This document shows, piece after piece, positions 17,577-28,600 of a stretch of 64,000 nt of DNA. The translations under genes and the position numbers were made by a program. The stretch lies in contig JBBDYC010000019.1 in the NCBI GenBank assembly GCA_040901985.1, forward strand, positions 79,770 through 143,769, written 5' to 3'. This stretch comes from Gemmatimonadaceae bacterium. GTDB lineage: Bacteria > Gemmatimonadota > Gemmatimonadetes > Gemmatimonadales > Gemmatimonadaceae. The notes beneath the pieces were generated by a model. That model had not been told where the DNA came from. It worked only from the letters and a program-made list of their open reading frames with translations, and made no database searches. Every line of letters begins with the position of its first letter. Positions within the stretch are counted from its first letter, which is position 1.

Positions 17577-18818
17577 TCAGTCCGTCCGCATCGCGGCGAT
17601 GGGGTCGAGCCGCGCCGCGCGGCGCGCCGGATAGACGCCGAAGATCACGCCGATCCCGGCGCCGAGACCGAGCGCCACGGCCACCGACCACCAGGTGATT
17701 CGCGCCGGAAGCGGGGAGGCCAGCGCCACGAGGAGGGCGAACGCCCAGCCGGCGACCACCCCGAGGACGCCGCCGAGCGCCGAGAGCGCCACCGTCTCGG
17801 CGAGGAACTGGCGCTCGATGTCGCGCGCGCGGGCGCCCACCGCCTTCCGGATCCCGATCTCCCGCGTCCGCTCGTTCACCGCCATCAGCATGATGTTCAT
17901 GATGACGATCCCGCCCACGACGATCCCGATCGCGACCACTGCCGGCACCACGGCAAAGAGGATCTTGGTCAGGTTGCGCCAGAACTCCACCAGCGCGTCG
18001 GCCGTCTCGACCGAGAAGTCGTTCTCGTCCCCCGGGCGCAGCCGGTGGGCGATCCGCATCGCCTCCTCGGCCCGCTCCATCGCCGCCGGCAGCGCCTGGG
18101 GGTCGCGCATCTTCACCGAGATCGTCGTCGTGAGGCGGCGGCCGTAGCGCATCTCGAAGCGCGAGATCGGGACGAGCGCAAAGGCGTCGAAGCTCTGCCC
18201 GAGCACCCGTCCCTTGGGCGCCGTCACGCCGACGACGGTGTAGCGGTCCCCGCCGACGCGGATCTCCTGACCCACCGGGGCGACCGACTCGAAGAGCTTC
18301 TCGGCCACCTCGTGGCCGATCACGACCACCGGCATTCGCTGCGTGACGTCCACCGCCGTAAGCGCGCGGCCGCTGGCGATCCGGTAGTCCTGCACCACCT
18401 GGTACTCGGGCGTGATCCCGAAGACGACGATGCTGCCCACCGTGCGGCCCCGCCAGACGACGTCGCTGATCGGCGTCGGCCACCCCGACTGCATCGAGAT
18501 CGCCTCGGCCTCCGGGATTGCCGCGCGGACGGCGTCCACGTCGCGCGCCGTGATCCGCGGCCGCCGCTGCACCCGCGCCCACTCGTCGTCGTTGAACGGC
18601 CCCACCTGCAGCGGCGTCCGCCGCACCTGGAACGCATTCGCCCCGATCACCGCGCTGGCGATGTTCTCCCGCACGTACGCGTTCATCCCCTGGATGATCG
18701 CGACGACCGCGATCAGGAACGCGACCGAGACGATGATGCCGAGGAGCGTGAAGAAACTGCGCAGCGGATTGCCGCGAATCTGCGCGTAGGCGATCCCGAG
18801 GACGTCGGTGAAGCGCAT
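17577..18818 (-). CDS. MacB/FtsX-type ABC permease (type A')
   Basis: RSFFTLLGIIVSV; GGIVIMNIMLMAVNERTREIGIRKAVGA; PARRAARLDPI. Confidence 0.92.
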   Translation of the reverse strand: MRFTDVLGIAYAQIRGNPLRSFFTLLGIIVSVAFLIAVVAIIQGMNAYVRENIASAVIGANAFQVRRTPLQVGPFNDDEWARVQRRPRITARDVDAVRAAIPEAEAISMQSGWPTPISDVVWRGRTVGSIVVFGITPEYQVVQDYRIASGRALTAVDVTQRMPVVVIGHEVAEKLFESVAPVGQEIRVGGDRYTVVGVTAPKGRVLGQSFDAFALVPISRFEMRYGRRLTTTISVKMRDPQALPAAMERAEEAMRIAHRLRPGDENDFSVETADALVEFWRNLTKILFAVVPAVVAIGIVVGGIVIMNIMLMAVNERTREIGIRKAVGARARDIERQFLAETVALSALGGVLGVVAGWAFALLVALASPLPARITWWSVAVALGLGAGIGVIFGVYPARRAARLDPIAAMRTD

Positions 18819-18856
18819 CCTTTCAACCTAGCGGCGCGCCGCGGACCGGTGGCGCG

Positions 18857-20125
18857 CTACTCGTGCCGCAGGGCCTCGACCGGGTCGAGCCTGGACGCGC
18901 GCGTGGCCGGGAGCATCCCGAACACGATTCCGGTGAACGCCGCCGCCACGAGCGACATCACCACCGCAGAGAGGGGGACGGTCGCCGGGATGGTGGTGTT
19001 CGCGCGCACGATCCAGGCGATGCCCGCCCCGAACAGCAGGCCGATCCCGGCGCCAAGGCTCGTCATCGTCGAGGCCTCGACGAGGAACTGCCAGAGGATG
19101 GTCGCGCGCGTCGCGCCGAGCGCCTTGCGCACGCCGATCTCGCGGGTGCGTTCGGTGACCGAGATCATCATGATTGCCACCACGCCCACCCCGCCGACCA
19201 GCAGTCCGACGGCGGAGAGGCCGAGTCCGACCATGAAGATCGCGCCGAAGAGTTGGTCGAAGACCTCCATCATCCGGTCCTGCCCGACGAGGAAGAAGCT
19301 GTTCGGCTGGGACGGCCGGAGCCCGCGCATCCCGCGCAACGTGGCGGTCACCGCGTCCATCGCCTCATCGCGCGTCACGGTGGCCGTCGGTCGTACCATC
19401 ACCCGCATCCCCATCCGCCAGACGTTGAGGCGGCGGTAGGCGGTCATCATCGGGATCACCATCCGCGGCGTGTCGGGGCCGCGGCCGTCGAGCGACTTGA
19501 GGAATCCCGCCTTCGTGTGGTAGACGCCAATCACCGTGAAGCGCGTGTCGTCGAAGGTGATCTCCTTCCCGATCGGGTCGGACTGGCCGAACAGCTCGTC
19601 GGCGAGCTTCTTGTTCACCAAGGCGACGTGCGCGGCCGCGTCGTGCTCGGTCTCGGAAAAGGTGCGGCCGGGGTAGACGTCGGCCTGGTCGGTGTCAATC
19701 CACTCGGTGCTTTGCGCGTCGTAGCCGACATTCTTGACCGACCGGTCGCGGTACGTCACCGTGCCATTCCAGCCGAACAGCCACGCCATCGCGTTCTCGA
19801 CCTCGGGGAGCTGCTGCAGCGCGCGCCATTCGGCCAACGAGACTCCCGGGTAGCGGCGCTCGGGGCAATCCTCGACCGAGGGATCGCAGGAATTGAAGCC
19901 CGGGTTCCGGCGCCGCACCTGGAAGGTGGCGGCGCCGAACTCATCCATATCCGCCTGGAACGACATCCGCACGCCGTGCACGGTCGCGCCCATCGCCACG
20001 ACGACAAAGACCCCGACCGCCACGCCGGAGATCGTCAACACGGCGCGCACCTTGTTGGCGCGGAGCGAGTCGAGGGCAATCAGGACGCCTTCGAGACTCA
20101 TCAGGATCTTGTCCCAGAGGCGCAT
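18857..20125 (-). CDS. MacB/FtsX-type ABC permease (type B)
   Basis: NKVRAVLTISGVAVGV; VGGVGVVAIMMISVTERTREIGVRKALGA; RLDPVEALRHE. Confidence 0.92.
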   Translation of the reverse strand: MRLWDKILMSLEGVLIALDSLRANKVRAVLTISGVAVGVFVVVAMGATVHGVRMSFQADMDEFGAATFQVRRRNPGFNSCDPSVEDCPERRYPGVSLAEWRALQQLPEVENAMAWLFGWNGTVTYRDRSVKNVGYDAQSTEWIDTDQADVYPGRTFSETEHDAAAHVALVNKKLADELFGQSDPIGKEITFDDTRFTVIGVYHTKAGFLKSLDGRGPDTPRMVIPMMTAYRRLNVWRMGMRVMVRPTATVTRDEAMDAVTATLRGMRGLRPSQPNSFFLVGQDRMMEVFDQLFGAIFMVGLGLSAVGLLVGGVGVVAIMMISVTERTREIGVRKALGATRATILWQFLVEASTMTSLGAGIGLLFGAGIAWIVRANTTIPATVPLSAVVMSLVAAAFTGIVFGMLPATRASRLDPVEALRHE

Positions 20126-20133
20126 TCCTTTCG

Positions 20134-21372
20134 CTACTCCTGCCGCAGGGCGGCGATGGGGTCGAGCCGCGACGCGCGCGTCGCCGGGTAGATCCCGGCC
20201 ACGATGCCGACGCCCGCGCCCACGACGATGGCGGCGATGAGGGACCAGGGCGCCACCGACGCCGGCAAAGGCGTCACCGCGGCGATCAGCTGCGAGAGCC
20301 CAATCCCCATCCCGGCGCCGATCGCCGCCCCGACCACCGAGAGCGTCGCCGCCTCGACGAGGAACTGCGAGATGATGTCGCGCCGCCGCGCGCCGAGCGC
20401 CTTCCGCACGCCGATCTCCCGCGTCCGCTCGGCCACCGCCACCAGCATGATGTTCATGATCACCAGGGCACCGACCACCAGTCCGATCGCCGGCAACGCC
20501 GTGCCGAAGAGGATCATCTTCCCCTTGAGCTCGGCAAAGAAGTCGAGCGCAGCGTCCGAGGTCTCGAGCGCGAAGTTGTCATCCTCGCCGGGGCCGAGGC
20601 CGCGGAATCCGCGCATCGCGCCTCGCACGAGTTCCATCCCGTCATCGAGGATCTCGCGCGACGGCGCCTGCACCGTGACTCGCCCGATGTCGCCGCGCGG
20701 GCGGATCGCCCGCGCCAGCGGGGAGGTGTAGGGGGCGATGGTCATCCGGTCCATCGAGAAGCCGAAGACGGACCCCTGCTCCTCGATGACCCCGATCACC
20801 GTGTACGGCTGGCCGGCGATCCGCAGTTCGCGGTCCAGCGGGTCGAGTCCCTTGAAATAGTGGGAGGCCACCTCGGTCCCGATGACGATCACCCGGGCGC
20901 CGTTGGCGACGTCCTGCGCGCCAAACGCGCGGCCGCTCGTGATTCCGAACTTCTTGATCTCGAAGTACGCGGCGTCGGTGGCGATGGCGTGTACCGGTCG
21001 CGGCCGCACGCCCGGCGCGATGGCGGGAATGAAGTTCTCGTTGACGCGGGCCGTCCGGAACAGGGGGCCGAGCGTCTCGCGCACCAGCTGCGCGTCCGGC
21101 CCGTAGAGTCGCGGCCGGCGCAGATAGGCGCGCCACTGGTCGCTGTCCTCGTTCGGCGTGAAGTCGGGGAAGCGCCGCACGTCGAAGGTGTTCACCCCGA
21201 TGATCTTCGCGGCGAAGTCGTTCTCGACGTAGTCGCTCATCCCCTCGACGATCGAGACGACGGCAATCAGGAACATCACCCCGATCATCACCCCGAGCAG
21301 GGTGAAGAAGCTCTTCAGCTTCTGGACCCGGATGGTCTGGAGGGCGAGGCGGACCGCCTCGAGGAGGGGCAT
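20134..21372 (-). CDS. MacB/FtsX-type ABC permease (type A)
   Basis: KSFFTLLGVMIGV; VIMNIMLVAVAERTREIGVRKALGA; RLDPIAALRQE. Confidence 0.92.
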   Translation of the reverse strand: MPLLEAVRLALQTIRVQKLKSFFTLLGVMIGVMFLIAVVSIVEGMSDYVENDFAAKIIGVNTFDVRRFPDFTPNEDSDQWRAYLRRPRLYGPDAQLVRETLGPLFRTARVNENFIPAIAPGVRPRPVHAIATDAAYFEIKKFGITSGRAFGAQDVANGARVIVIGTEVASHYFKGLDPLDRELRIAGQPYTVIGVIEEQGSVFGFSMDRMTIAPYTSPLARAIRPRGDIGRVTVQAPSREILDDGMELVRGAMRGFRGLGPGEDDNFALETSDAALDFFAELKGKMILFGTALPAIGLVVGALVIMNIMLVAVAERTREIGVRKALGARRRDIISQFLVEAATLSVVGAAIGAGMGIGLSQLIAAVTPLPASVAPWSLIAAIVVGAGVGIVAGIYPATRASRLDPIAALRQE

Positions 21373-21381
21373 CGCGCGGCG

Positions 21382-22188
21382 CTAGAGCGAGACGCCGAGC
21401 TTCTCGGTGAACCGTTCCCGGCGGTCGTCGCTCGCGACCTCGCCGTCGCGGAGCACCACGACGCGGCGCGCGTGCGCCGCGATGTCGGGCTCGTGCGTCA
21501 CCATGATCACGGTCTGGCCGGCCTCGGCGAGCGACTCGAAGACGCGCATGATCTCCTCGGAGGTCTGCGAGTCGAGGTTGCCCGTCGGTTCGTCGGCGAG
21601 GAGGATCGAGGGACGGTTGACGAGCGCGCGGGCGATCGCCACGCGCTGCCGCTGGCCTCCCGAAAGCTCGTTGGGCCGGTGGTGCACCCGGTCGCCGAGC
21701 TGCACCGACTCGAGCGCCGCCTTCGCCCGCTCGCGTCGCTCCGACGACGAGATGCCCGCGTACACGAGCGGCAGCTCGACATTGTGGAGCGCCGTCGCCC
21801 GCGGCAGGAGGTTGAACGTCTGGAAGACGAACCCGATCTCCTGGTTGCGGACGCGCGCCAGCTCGTCGTCCTTCATCGTCGAGACGAGCTGGCCGTTGAG
21901 CCAGTACTCGCCGGCGTTGGGCGTGTCGAGGCAGCCGATCAGGTTCATCAGGGTGGACTTGCCTGAGCCGGACGGTCCCATGATCGCGACGTATTCGTTG
22001 CGGCGGATGGCGAGGTCCACGCCGCGGAGCGCGCGCACGATCTCGCCCCCCATGTCGTATTCCCGCGTGATCCCGCGGGTGACGATCACCCACTCCTTGG
22101 ACGGGGCGGCACCCGCCGTGCTCACGACCACCGCCCGTTCGGCGGTCGTGCTGATCGGGGCCTCGGTCTCGTCGGTTGGCAGGCTCAC
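21382..22188 (-). CDS. ABC ATP-binding protein (LolD/MacB NBD type)
   Basis: [38 protein letters not shown]. Confidence 0.95.
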   Translation of the reverse strand: MSLPTDETEAPISTTAERAVVVSTAGAAPSKEWVIVTRGITREYDMGGEIVRALRGVDLAIRRNEYVAIMGPSGSGKSTLMNLIGCLDTPNAGEYWLNGQLVSTMKDDELARVRNQEIGFVFQTFNLLPRATALHNVELPLVYAGISSSERRERAKAALESVQLGDRVHHRPNELSGGQRQRVAIARALVNRPSILLADEPTGNLDSQTSEEIMRVFESLAEAGQTVIMVTHEPDIAAHARRVVVLRDGEVASDDRRERFTEKLGVSL

Positions 22189-23477
22189 GGGGTGACTCCG
22201 GCCTTCGTGGTGGTGGGGGTCTGGGGCTGCTCGCGGACGAGCTGGCCATCCTTCAGTTCGCGAATCGCCTGGTAGGTGCCGCCAACGATCCGGTCGCCGG
22301 CCTCGAGCCCGCTCAGCACCTCGAAGTACTTCTCGCCCGCGATTCCCACCTTTACGGGGCGGAACGTCACCTTGTTGTCCGTGCCGACGACGAACACGCC
22401 CTCGACATCCCGCTTGGTCGTCTCGACCCGCGGCCCAGTCGTCGCCGGCGCGTCGGTCGCCGGGGCGTCGGTGCTCGCCAGCGCCTCGTTCTCCCGGACC
22501 GTCAGCGCGATGATCGGGATCGAGAGTACCTGCGTGCGCGTGTCGGTGATGATCTTCGCGGTGGAGGAGAAGTCCGGTCGCGTGTCGGCCGGGGCGTCGA
22601 GGATCCGGACGATCACCTGGTAGTCCACGGCCTGATCGGTGGTCGCGGTGACGCCGGGGCGCGTCAGCGAGCTGTTCGAGATCTCCACCACCCGGCCGAC
22701 GAAGGTCGTGTCGGGGAAGGCGTCAATCTGCACCACCGCCGAGTCGCCGACGGAGATGCGCGAGACGTCGGTCTCGTCCACCTTCACGCGCGTCTCGAGC
22801 ACCGACATGTCGGAGATCGTGAGGAGCGTCGCCGCGTCCTTGTTGAGCGTGCCCATGATCGCCGTCTCGCCGGCCTCGACGTTGAGCCGCGTCACGCGCC
22901 CCGTCATCGGCGCGTAGATCGTCGTGCGCGAGAGCTGCCAGCGGGCGTCCTTCAGCGACGCCTCGTTCTGCTTGACGTTCTCCTCGGCGGCGACGACCAA
23001 CGCCTCGTTCACCTCAAGCTGCGTCTCGAGCTGCTCCATCTCCTGCGCGGAGACCAGCGTGGCGTTGACGTTGCGGATCTCCGCCTGGCGCTCGAGGTTG
23101 CGCCGCGCCTGCAGGAGGTTGGCGCGCTGCTGGGCGAGACTCGCCCGCGCGTTCGCCAGCGCCGCCTCGGCCCGCTGCACCTGCGCCTCGAACTGTTGCG
23201 GGTCAATCTGCAGGAGGAACTGGCCCTGGCGTACGACGTCGCCGTCCTTGACCGCGAGCCGTGTGATGCGGCCGGTGATGTCGGCCGAGAGGTCCACCTT
23301 GGTCTGCGGACGGACCTGGCCGCTCGCGGTCACCGAGGCCACCAGGTCGCGCGCCTCGACCGCCTCGACGCGCACCATCACGCCCTTGGAGCCGGCCTTG
23401 GCGGCCGACGTGGCGACCACCGCGACCAGCGCCACCACCACGACGCCGGCAATCCCCATCTTCATCTTCTTGGTCAT
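22185..23477 (-). CDS. MacA-like periplasmic adaptor (membrane fusion protein)
   Basis: N-terminal [20 protein letters not shown], coiled coil, IYAPMTG, VDETDV. Confidence 0.92.
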   Translation of the reverse strand: MTKKMKMGIAGVVVVALVAVVATSAAKAGSKGVMVRVEAVEARDLVASVTASGQVRPQTKVDLSADITGRITRLAVKDGDVVRQGQFLLQIDPQQFEAQVQRAEAALANARASLAQQRANLLQARRNLERQAEIRNVNATLVSAQEMEQLETQLEVNEALVVAAEENVKQNEASLKDARWQLSRTTIYAPMTGRVTRLNVEAGETAIMGTLNKDAATLLTISDMSVLETRVKVDETDVSRISVGDSAVVQIDAFPDTTFVGRVVEISNSSLTRPGVTATTDQAVDYQVIVRILDAPADTRPDFSSTAKIITDTRTQVLSIPIIALTVRENEALASTDAPATDAPATTGPRVETTKRDVEGVFVVGTDNKVTFRPVKVGIAGEKYFEVLSGLEAGDRIVGGTYQAIRELKDGQLVREQPQTPTTTKAGVTP

Positions 23478-23488
23478 CCGTTCCTCGG

Positions 23489-24796
23489 TCAGCGAAGGGT
23501 GCGGCCGACGGCATTCTCCAGCGCCGCGAACGCCCGATGGAATTCGTATACCGCGTCAATGCGGTCGGTCTCGGCGCGCTCGTACTCGGCGCGCGCGGTG
23601 GTCAGGTCCACGAACGTGTTGGCGCCCACGCGATAGCGCTCCTCGGCGAGTTGAAGCGCCTCCCGCGCCGTGATGGCATTGCGGGCCTGCAGTTCGACGG
23701 CGCGATGCCCGGCCTGCAGCGTCACCAGCGCCGCCGTGACCTCGGTCGTGAGGGTCAGCTCCTGCCGGCGGACGTTGTACGTGGCATCGGCGCGGCCCGC
23801 GTGGGCCGCCTGCAGCCGCTGCTCGCGGCTCAGCCCATCGAAGATCGGGATCGAGAGGTTGACGGAGAGGTTGTACGGGTTCCGGGCGAAGGTCGAGGGG
23901 AAGCCGCTGTCGGCCGGCGCCTGCGCATTGCCGCCGATCGTGGCGTTGAAGGAGAGACTCGGCGTGTACTCGCCCCGGGCCGAGCGGACGCCGGCGTCAG
24001 CCACTCGCTGGCGCGCCTGGACCGCCATCAGCGCCGGATTCGCGCGCCGGGCCGTGGCGAGGAGGTCCTCCAGCTCGAACTCCGGCACGGTCATCGGCAA
24101 CCGACCGTCGAGGATCACCTCCCCCGGCATCGGCACGCCGAGCTGTTGGAAGAGGCGCAGCCGCTCGACCTCGGCGGTGTTGCGCGCACGCAGCGCGGCC
24201 ACTTCCTGCGTTCCCAGCCCCACCTCGGCGCGCTTGACGTCGAGCGTGGTGCCGGAGCCGACGCCGGCGCGCGCCTGCGCCAACTCGAGTTGGAGGCGTT
24301 GCTGCACGACGAGCGTATCCTGGAGCGCGGCGCGGGCCTCGGTCTGGAGGGCCAGCAGGAACTGCGCCGAGACACTGCTGCGGAGGACGAAGCGCGCGGC
24401 GTCGAGCTCGGCGTCCGCCGCGTCGAGCTGCGCGTTGGCGCTCTTGATGTTGGCGAACGTCCCGACGTTCAGCCGCTGGCTGGCCGAGAGGTTCCACGAC
24501 GACGAGATGATGTCCGACGTGGCGCCGATTGGGACGCCGCCGAAGAACTGCTGGCGGCCCTCGCGATACCCGGCACCGATGCTCGCGTCGGCGCTCGGGA
24601 AGAGCGCCCCCCACGCTGCGCGCATCCCGGCCTGGGCACGCGAGCGCCCGGTCAGGGCCTGGAGATACTGGGGATTGTTCCGCTCGGCGATCGTCAGCGC
24701 CTCGTCGAGCGAGAGGGTCGTGCGCGGGGCGGTCTGTGCTCCGGCGGATGCGAGGGCGCTCAGGGCGAGCAGTACGGACCAGAACGGACGCTTCAC
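23489..24796 (-). CDS. TolC-family outer membrane efflux protein
   Basis: Signal peptide, LSLDEAL..A..NNP, duplicated OEP repeats, LSIPIFDG, AEERYRVG. Confidence 0.9.
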   Translation of the reverse strand: MKRPFWSVLLALSALASAGAQTAPRTTLSLDEALTIAERNNPQYLQALTGRSRAQAGMRAAWGALFPSADASIGAGYREGRQQFFGGVPIGATSDIISSSWNLSASQRLNVGTFANIKSANAQLDAADAELDAARFVLRSSVSAQFLLALQTEARAALQDTLVVQQRLQLELAQARAGVGSGTTLDVKRAEVGLGTQEVAALRARNTAEVERLRLFQQLGVPMPGEVILDGRLPMTVPEFELEDLLATARRANPALMAVQARQRVADAGVRSARGEYTPSLSFNATIGGNAQAPADSGFPSTFARNPYNLSVNLSIPIFDGLSREQRLQAAHAGRADATYNVRRQELTLTTEVTAALVTLQAGHRAVELQARNAITAREALQLAEERYRVGANTFVDLTTARAEYERAETDRIDAVYEFHRAFAALENAVGRTLR

Positions 24797-24858
24797 GGCA
24801 TATTCCTTGATGTGGTGGCGGGACTGTCCCTAGTTACGTCCCAGACGACCAGAGTGTT

Positions 24859-25587
24859 TCAGCGCGGCGCCTCATCCCGTAGCGCCTCCAGCCCCTCGGC
24901 GGGCACGAGCACCCGGAGGAGCCGGCCCTGGGCGTCGGTCCAGAGCTCCCAGAGCGCCGCCCCGCCCGCCGCCGGGCGGACCTCCCAGCGGCGCGCCGGG
25001 AGTTCCACCAGGCCGAGCAGCACCCGGTCCGGCGCCAGTTCCTGCACGGACACGCCCTCGCGACCCAATGTGCGCGGGAGAAAGAGCGTGACCGTGCGGC
25101 CCTCGCCGAATCGGATCACGAACCAGAGCTGATGAATGATACCGGGTTCGATGAGGATCAGCCCGTGTTCGAGCCGGATCTCGCGGGCCGACTCGCCGTT
25201 GGCGTGCACCGTGCGCCCCGACCAGATCCCGCGCTGCCGCTCCCCGGCGTAGCTCTCGATCACCGTCGTCCCATCGCGCGCCTCGAGTTGGAAGCGCAGG
25301 GGCGCCCCGCTCGAGTCGGCGTTGAGGGCGACGGCGGTTCGGCGTTCCCCGGCGAGGAGGTTGCCCTGTGCCACGAAGGCGCTGCCTCCGGGGCTCCGCG
25401 CCGAGCGGATGCTGAAGTCCTCGCGCCCGACGCGCTCGCCGTTGCGCAGGATGGTGAAGGTGCCTTCGTCCACCACGACCACCTGCGCGTCGAGCGCGAC
25501 GGGGTCCGTCACCGCCAACAGGGTAGCGATACACGACGCGACGAGGGTGCCGGCGCGCAGGCCGGACCAGGGGGGCGGAGGCGACAT
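24859..25587 (-). CDS. Secreted hypothetical beta-rich protein
   Basis: Signal-peptide-like N-terminus; C-terminal ELWTDAQGRLLRV resembles DUF3108/DUF6134-type proteins. Confidence 0.6.
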   Translation of the reverse strand: MSPPPPWSGLRAGTLVASCIATLLAVTDPVALDAQVVVVDEGTFTILRNGERVGREDFSIRSARSPGGSAFVAQGNLLAGERRTAVALNADSSGAPLRFQLEARDGTTVIESYAGERQRGIWSGRTVHANGESAREIRLEHGLILIEPGIIHQLWFVIRFGEGRTVTLFLPRTLGREGVSVQELAPDRVLLGLVELPARRWEVRPAAGGAALWELWTDAQGRLLRVLVPAEGLEALRDEAPR

Positions 25588-25646
25588 CGCGAGGGAATCT
25601 ACTCATCGCGCCCGTCCCTCCGGTCGCCCCGGTGACGCCGGACGGG

Positions 25647-25652
25647 TATAAT
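25647..25652 (+). promoter_or_regulatory. Consensus -10 box TATAAT, 6 nt before the GTG start (leaderless promoter candidate)
   Basis: TATAATgcccgcGTG in GC-rich context. Confidence 0.6.
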
Positions 25653-25658
25653 GCCCGC

Positions 25659-28600
25659 GTGATTGCTCCCGCCGCTCGCTCGGCGCGCGGGGCACCGGAG
25701 GGGGGGCGTGGGCTGCGCGAGCCCTGGATGCTGATCGCCTCCGTCGTGGTGCTCCTCGCCGCCCGCTGGATCCAGACCCCGCACCCCGGCGTCGCGGCCC
25801 TGATCCTCGGGGCGCTGCTCGGGCTCGGGGCCCTCACGTGGCAGTCGCGCCGGGACGTCGTCTGGCGCCGGGTGGCGTTCCTCGCCACGACGGCAGTGTT
25901 CGTCGTCCTCGCGGCGCGCCATCACGCGGCGGTGGCCACGCTCGAACGCGATGGCGACCGCCGGCGTTCGCTCCTCGCGGAGCGCGGCGGCGACACCTTC
26001 CGGCGGGCGTTCGAGGCCGAGGTGGCGCTCCTGCAGCGACTGGCGACGCGTGCGCTCGACGCGCCGGCCACGCCCGACGGGGCGTTCGCCGCCCTCGCCG
26101 AACTGGTGCCGCCGGGCGGCGACCGGGCGCTCCTGCTGGCCCGCGGCGGGCGCGCCATCGCCTGGCACGGCCGGTTGCTCATCGCGCTCGATTCGCTGCC
26201 GGCCCCGACCGGGATGGTTGCGACGCCGTTCTATCTGGTCGCCTACGCCTCGGCCCAGCGCGGGCAGCACGTCGCAGTCGCCACCTCGCTCATCCACGCC
26301 GAGCCGCCCGCCGATCGGCTCTCGTCACCCCTCGACGCGCGGGTCGCCGCCGCCACCGGGGTCCAGGGGTTCATCTACGCCGACGCGGCGGCGGCGAAGG
26401 GGATTGCCGAGGCGGTGGTGCTGCGGATGGGGGAGACCGACGTCCTCGCCGCCCGCGCGGCCGTCGCGCCGGTGGATGTGCTGCGGCTGGGCGCGTGGGA
26501 GCGGACGCTGGCGCGCGCCGGCGCGGCGCTCGCCGTCTTGGTGCTCCTGCTGATTGCCGTCGCCTGGCGCCGCGACACGGGACTCGCCCCACGCTTCTCG
26601 GCGCTCGCGGTGGCCTTTGCGACGCTGGCCATCCTGCCGCTGAGTGCCTTCTCGAACCTCTCGCCGCTCTTCGACCCCAGCTTTTACATCGTCCGCACCG
26701 GATGGCGCTTCACGGCGAACGCGGGCGCGCTGGCGATCTCGGCGGCGCTGCTCCTCCTCGCGCTCCTCTCGGTGCGGCGGGCGCGGGTCCGATTCCGCGC
26801 GCGCGCCCCGGCGATCGCGGCGGTGATCGTCGTGGCCGGCTTCGCCCCCTTCCTCCTCCGGGAACTCGCCGGGGGGATTGAGGTGCCGAGCATCGGTGCC
26901 TCGCCCGGTCTCTGGATCGCCTGGGAGGTCACCCTCTTCCTCGCCACCGTCACCGTCCTCCTCTTCGGCGTGACGGCGGGGCAGGGCGCCGTGCCGCGGG
27001 AGCGCGGCCTGCCGGTCTGGACCGCCCCGTCCCTGGCGGTGCTCGCGATGGCCCTCGCGCCACTGCTCCTTGCGGCGCCCGGTCGATTCCCGCCGGCGTA
27101 CACGGCGCTTTGGGCCCTCACCATCGCCGCGCTCGCGCTGACGAGGCGCGCCCGCGCGATGGTGCTGCCGGTGGCCCTCGTCGCCGCCTGCGGCGCCGTG
27201 ACGCTCGTCTGGTTCTCGGCCGTCCGTGAGCGGGTCGGGCTCGCCGTCCGCGACGTGCAGGGCCTGGGCGTGGCGAGCCGCGACGCGGCGGTCCTGCTCG
27301 ACCGCTTCACGATGGTGCTCGACCCGTCGGGTGCCGCGAGGAGTCGGGTGGACCTCCTCTCCCAGTTCGCGCAGAGCGACCTCGCGGTGGCGGAATTCCC
27401 CACCGAGATTGCGACCTGGGCGCCCGATGGCGCGCTGATGGCCGAGCTCATCGTCGGGCGCGCGTCGGGCGCGACCTATGGCGTGAACCTCTTCGCCCAC
27501 GAGGTGCAGCGGACCCAACGGCCGGCGATCACCGAGGTCAGGGGCGACCCGGGCATCCACCTGGTGCTCAGCGTGCCGCACGCCGACGGGACGGCGACGA
27601 CGGTGGTCGTGGCCCCGCGCTCGCGCCTGGTCGCGATGGATCCATTCGGCGCGTTCCTCGGCTTTTCGCCGCCGCCGGCGCCGGAGCCGCCGTACGAGTT
27701 GCGGCTTGGCGACCACAGCACGGGGACACCGTCGCCGCCGAACTCGCGTGGCCAATGGGAACGGGTCGGCGATGAACTGCACGGCGACTGGCGCCTGGGG
27801 AGCGTCGGTGGCCTGAGTCGCCGGATCCACGCGGTGGTGGACCTCCGGTCGCTCGATGTGCTCGTTACGCGCGCGACGCTGCTCGTCCTCCTCGACCTCG
27901 CCGTGCTCGGGTCCATCTGGCTCCTGATGGTCACCGCCGACGGCGCACTCCAGCGCTGGTGGCGCCGCCGTCGACGGGAGATTCGGACGAGCTATCGCGC
28001 ACGGCTCACCTTCACGCTCTTCCTCTGCTTCCTCGTGCCGTCGCTCCTCTTCGGCCTCTGGTCGTTTGGCCGCCTGCAGGCCGACGACCGGCAGGCGCGC
28101 GACCTGCTCGTGCGCGAGACGCTGCGCGGGATCGCGGCCGCCGACTCTGGACAGCTCGCCCAGGCGGCGGCGCGATTCGAGACGCCGCTCTTCCTTTACG
28201 CCGATGGCCTCCTGGTGAGCACGAGCGATCCCCTCCTCAGCGCCCTCGCACCGGTGGGACGGTTGCTGCCGCCGGGCGTGATGGCGACGCTCGCCGAGGG
28301 CGACGTGGTGACGACCGGGCGCCAGGAGGAGGTGGGACCGGCCGCCGTGCGGCTTGGCTACCGCTCGGTCACCGACGCCTCCGGCGTTCGCTACGTGCTG
28401 GCGGCGCCGGCGCGGCTGGACGAGCGGTTCCTCGATCGCCGGCGCAACGACCTCGCGATGTTTCTCCTCTTTGCGCTCGCCCTCGGCGCGCTCGGCGCGC
28501 TCTGGGCCAGCGGCGCGGCGTCGCGCCAGCTCTCGCGCCCGATCCGCGAACTCCGCGACTCGGCGCTGGCGCTGGCGCGCGGCACGCGCGCGCCGGCGCT

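Noticed and set aside
16324..18582. 752-aa permease ORF
   Set aside because: The upstream part is an alternative frame of the preceding permease; the real gene begins at about 17574
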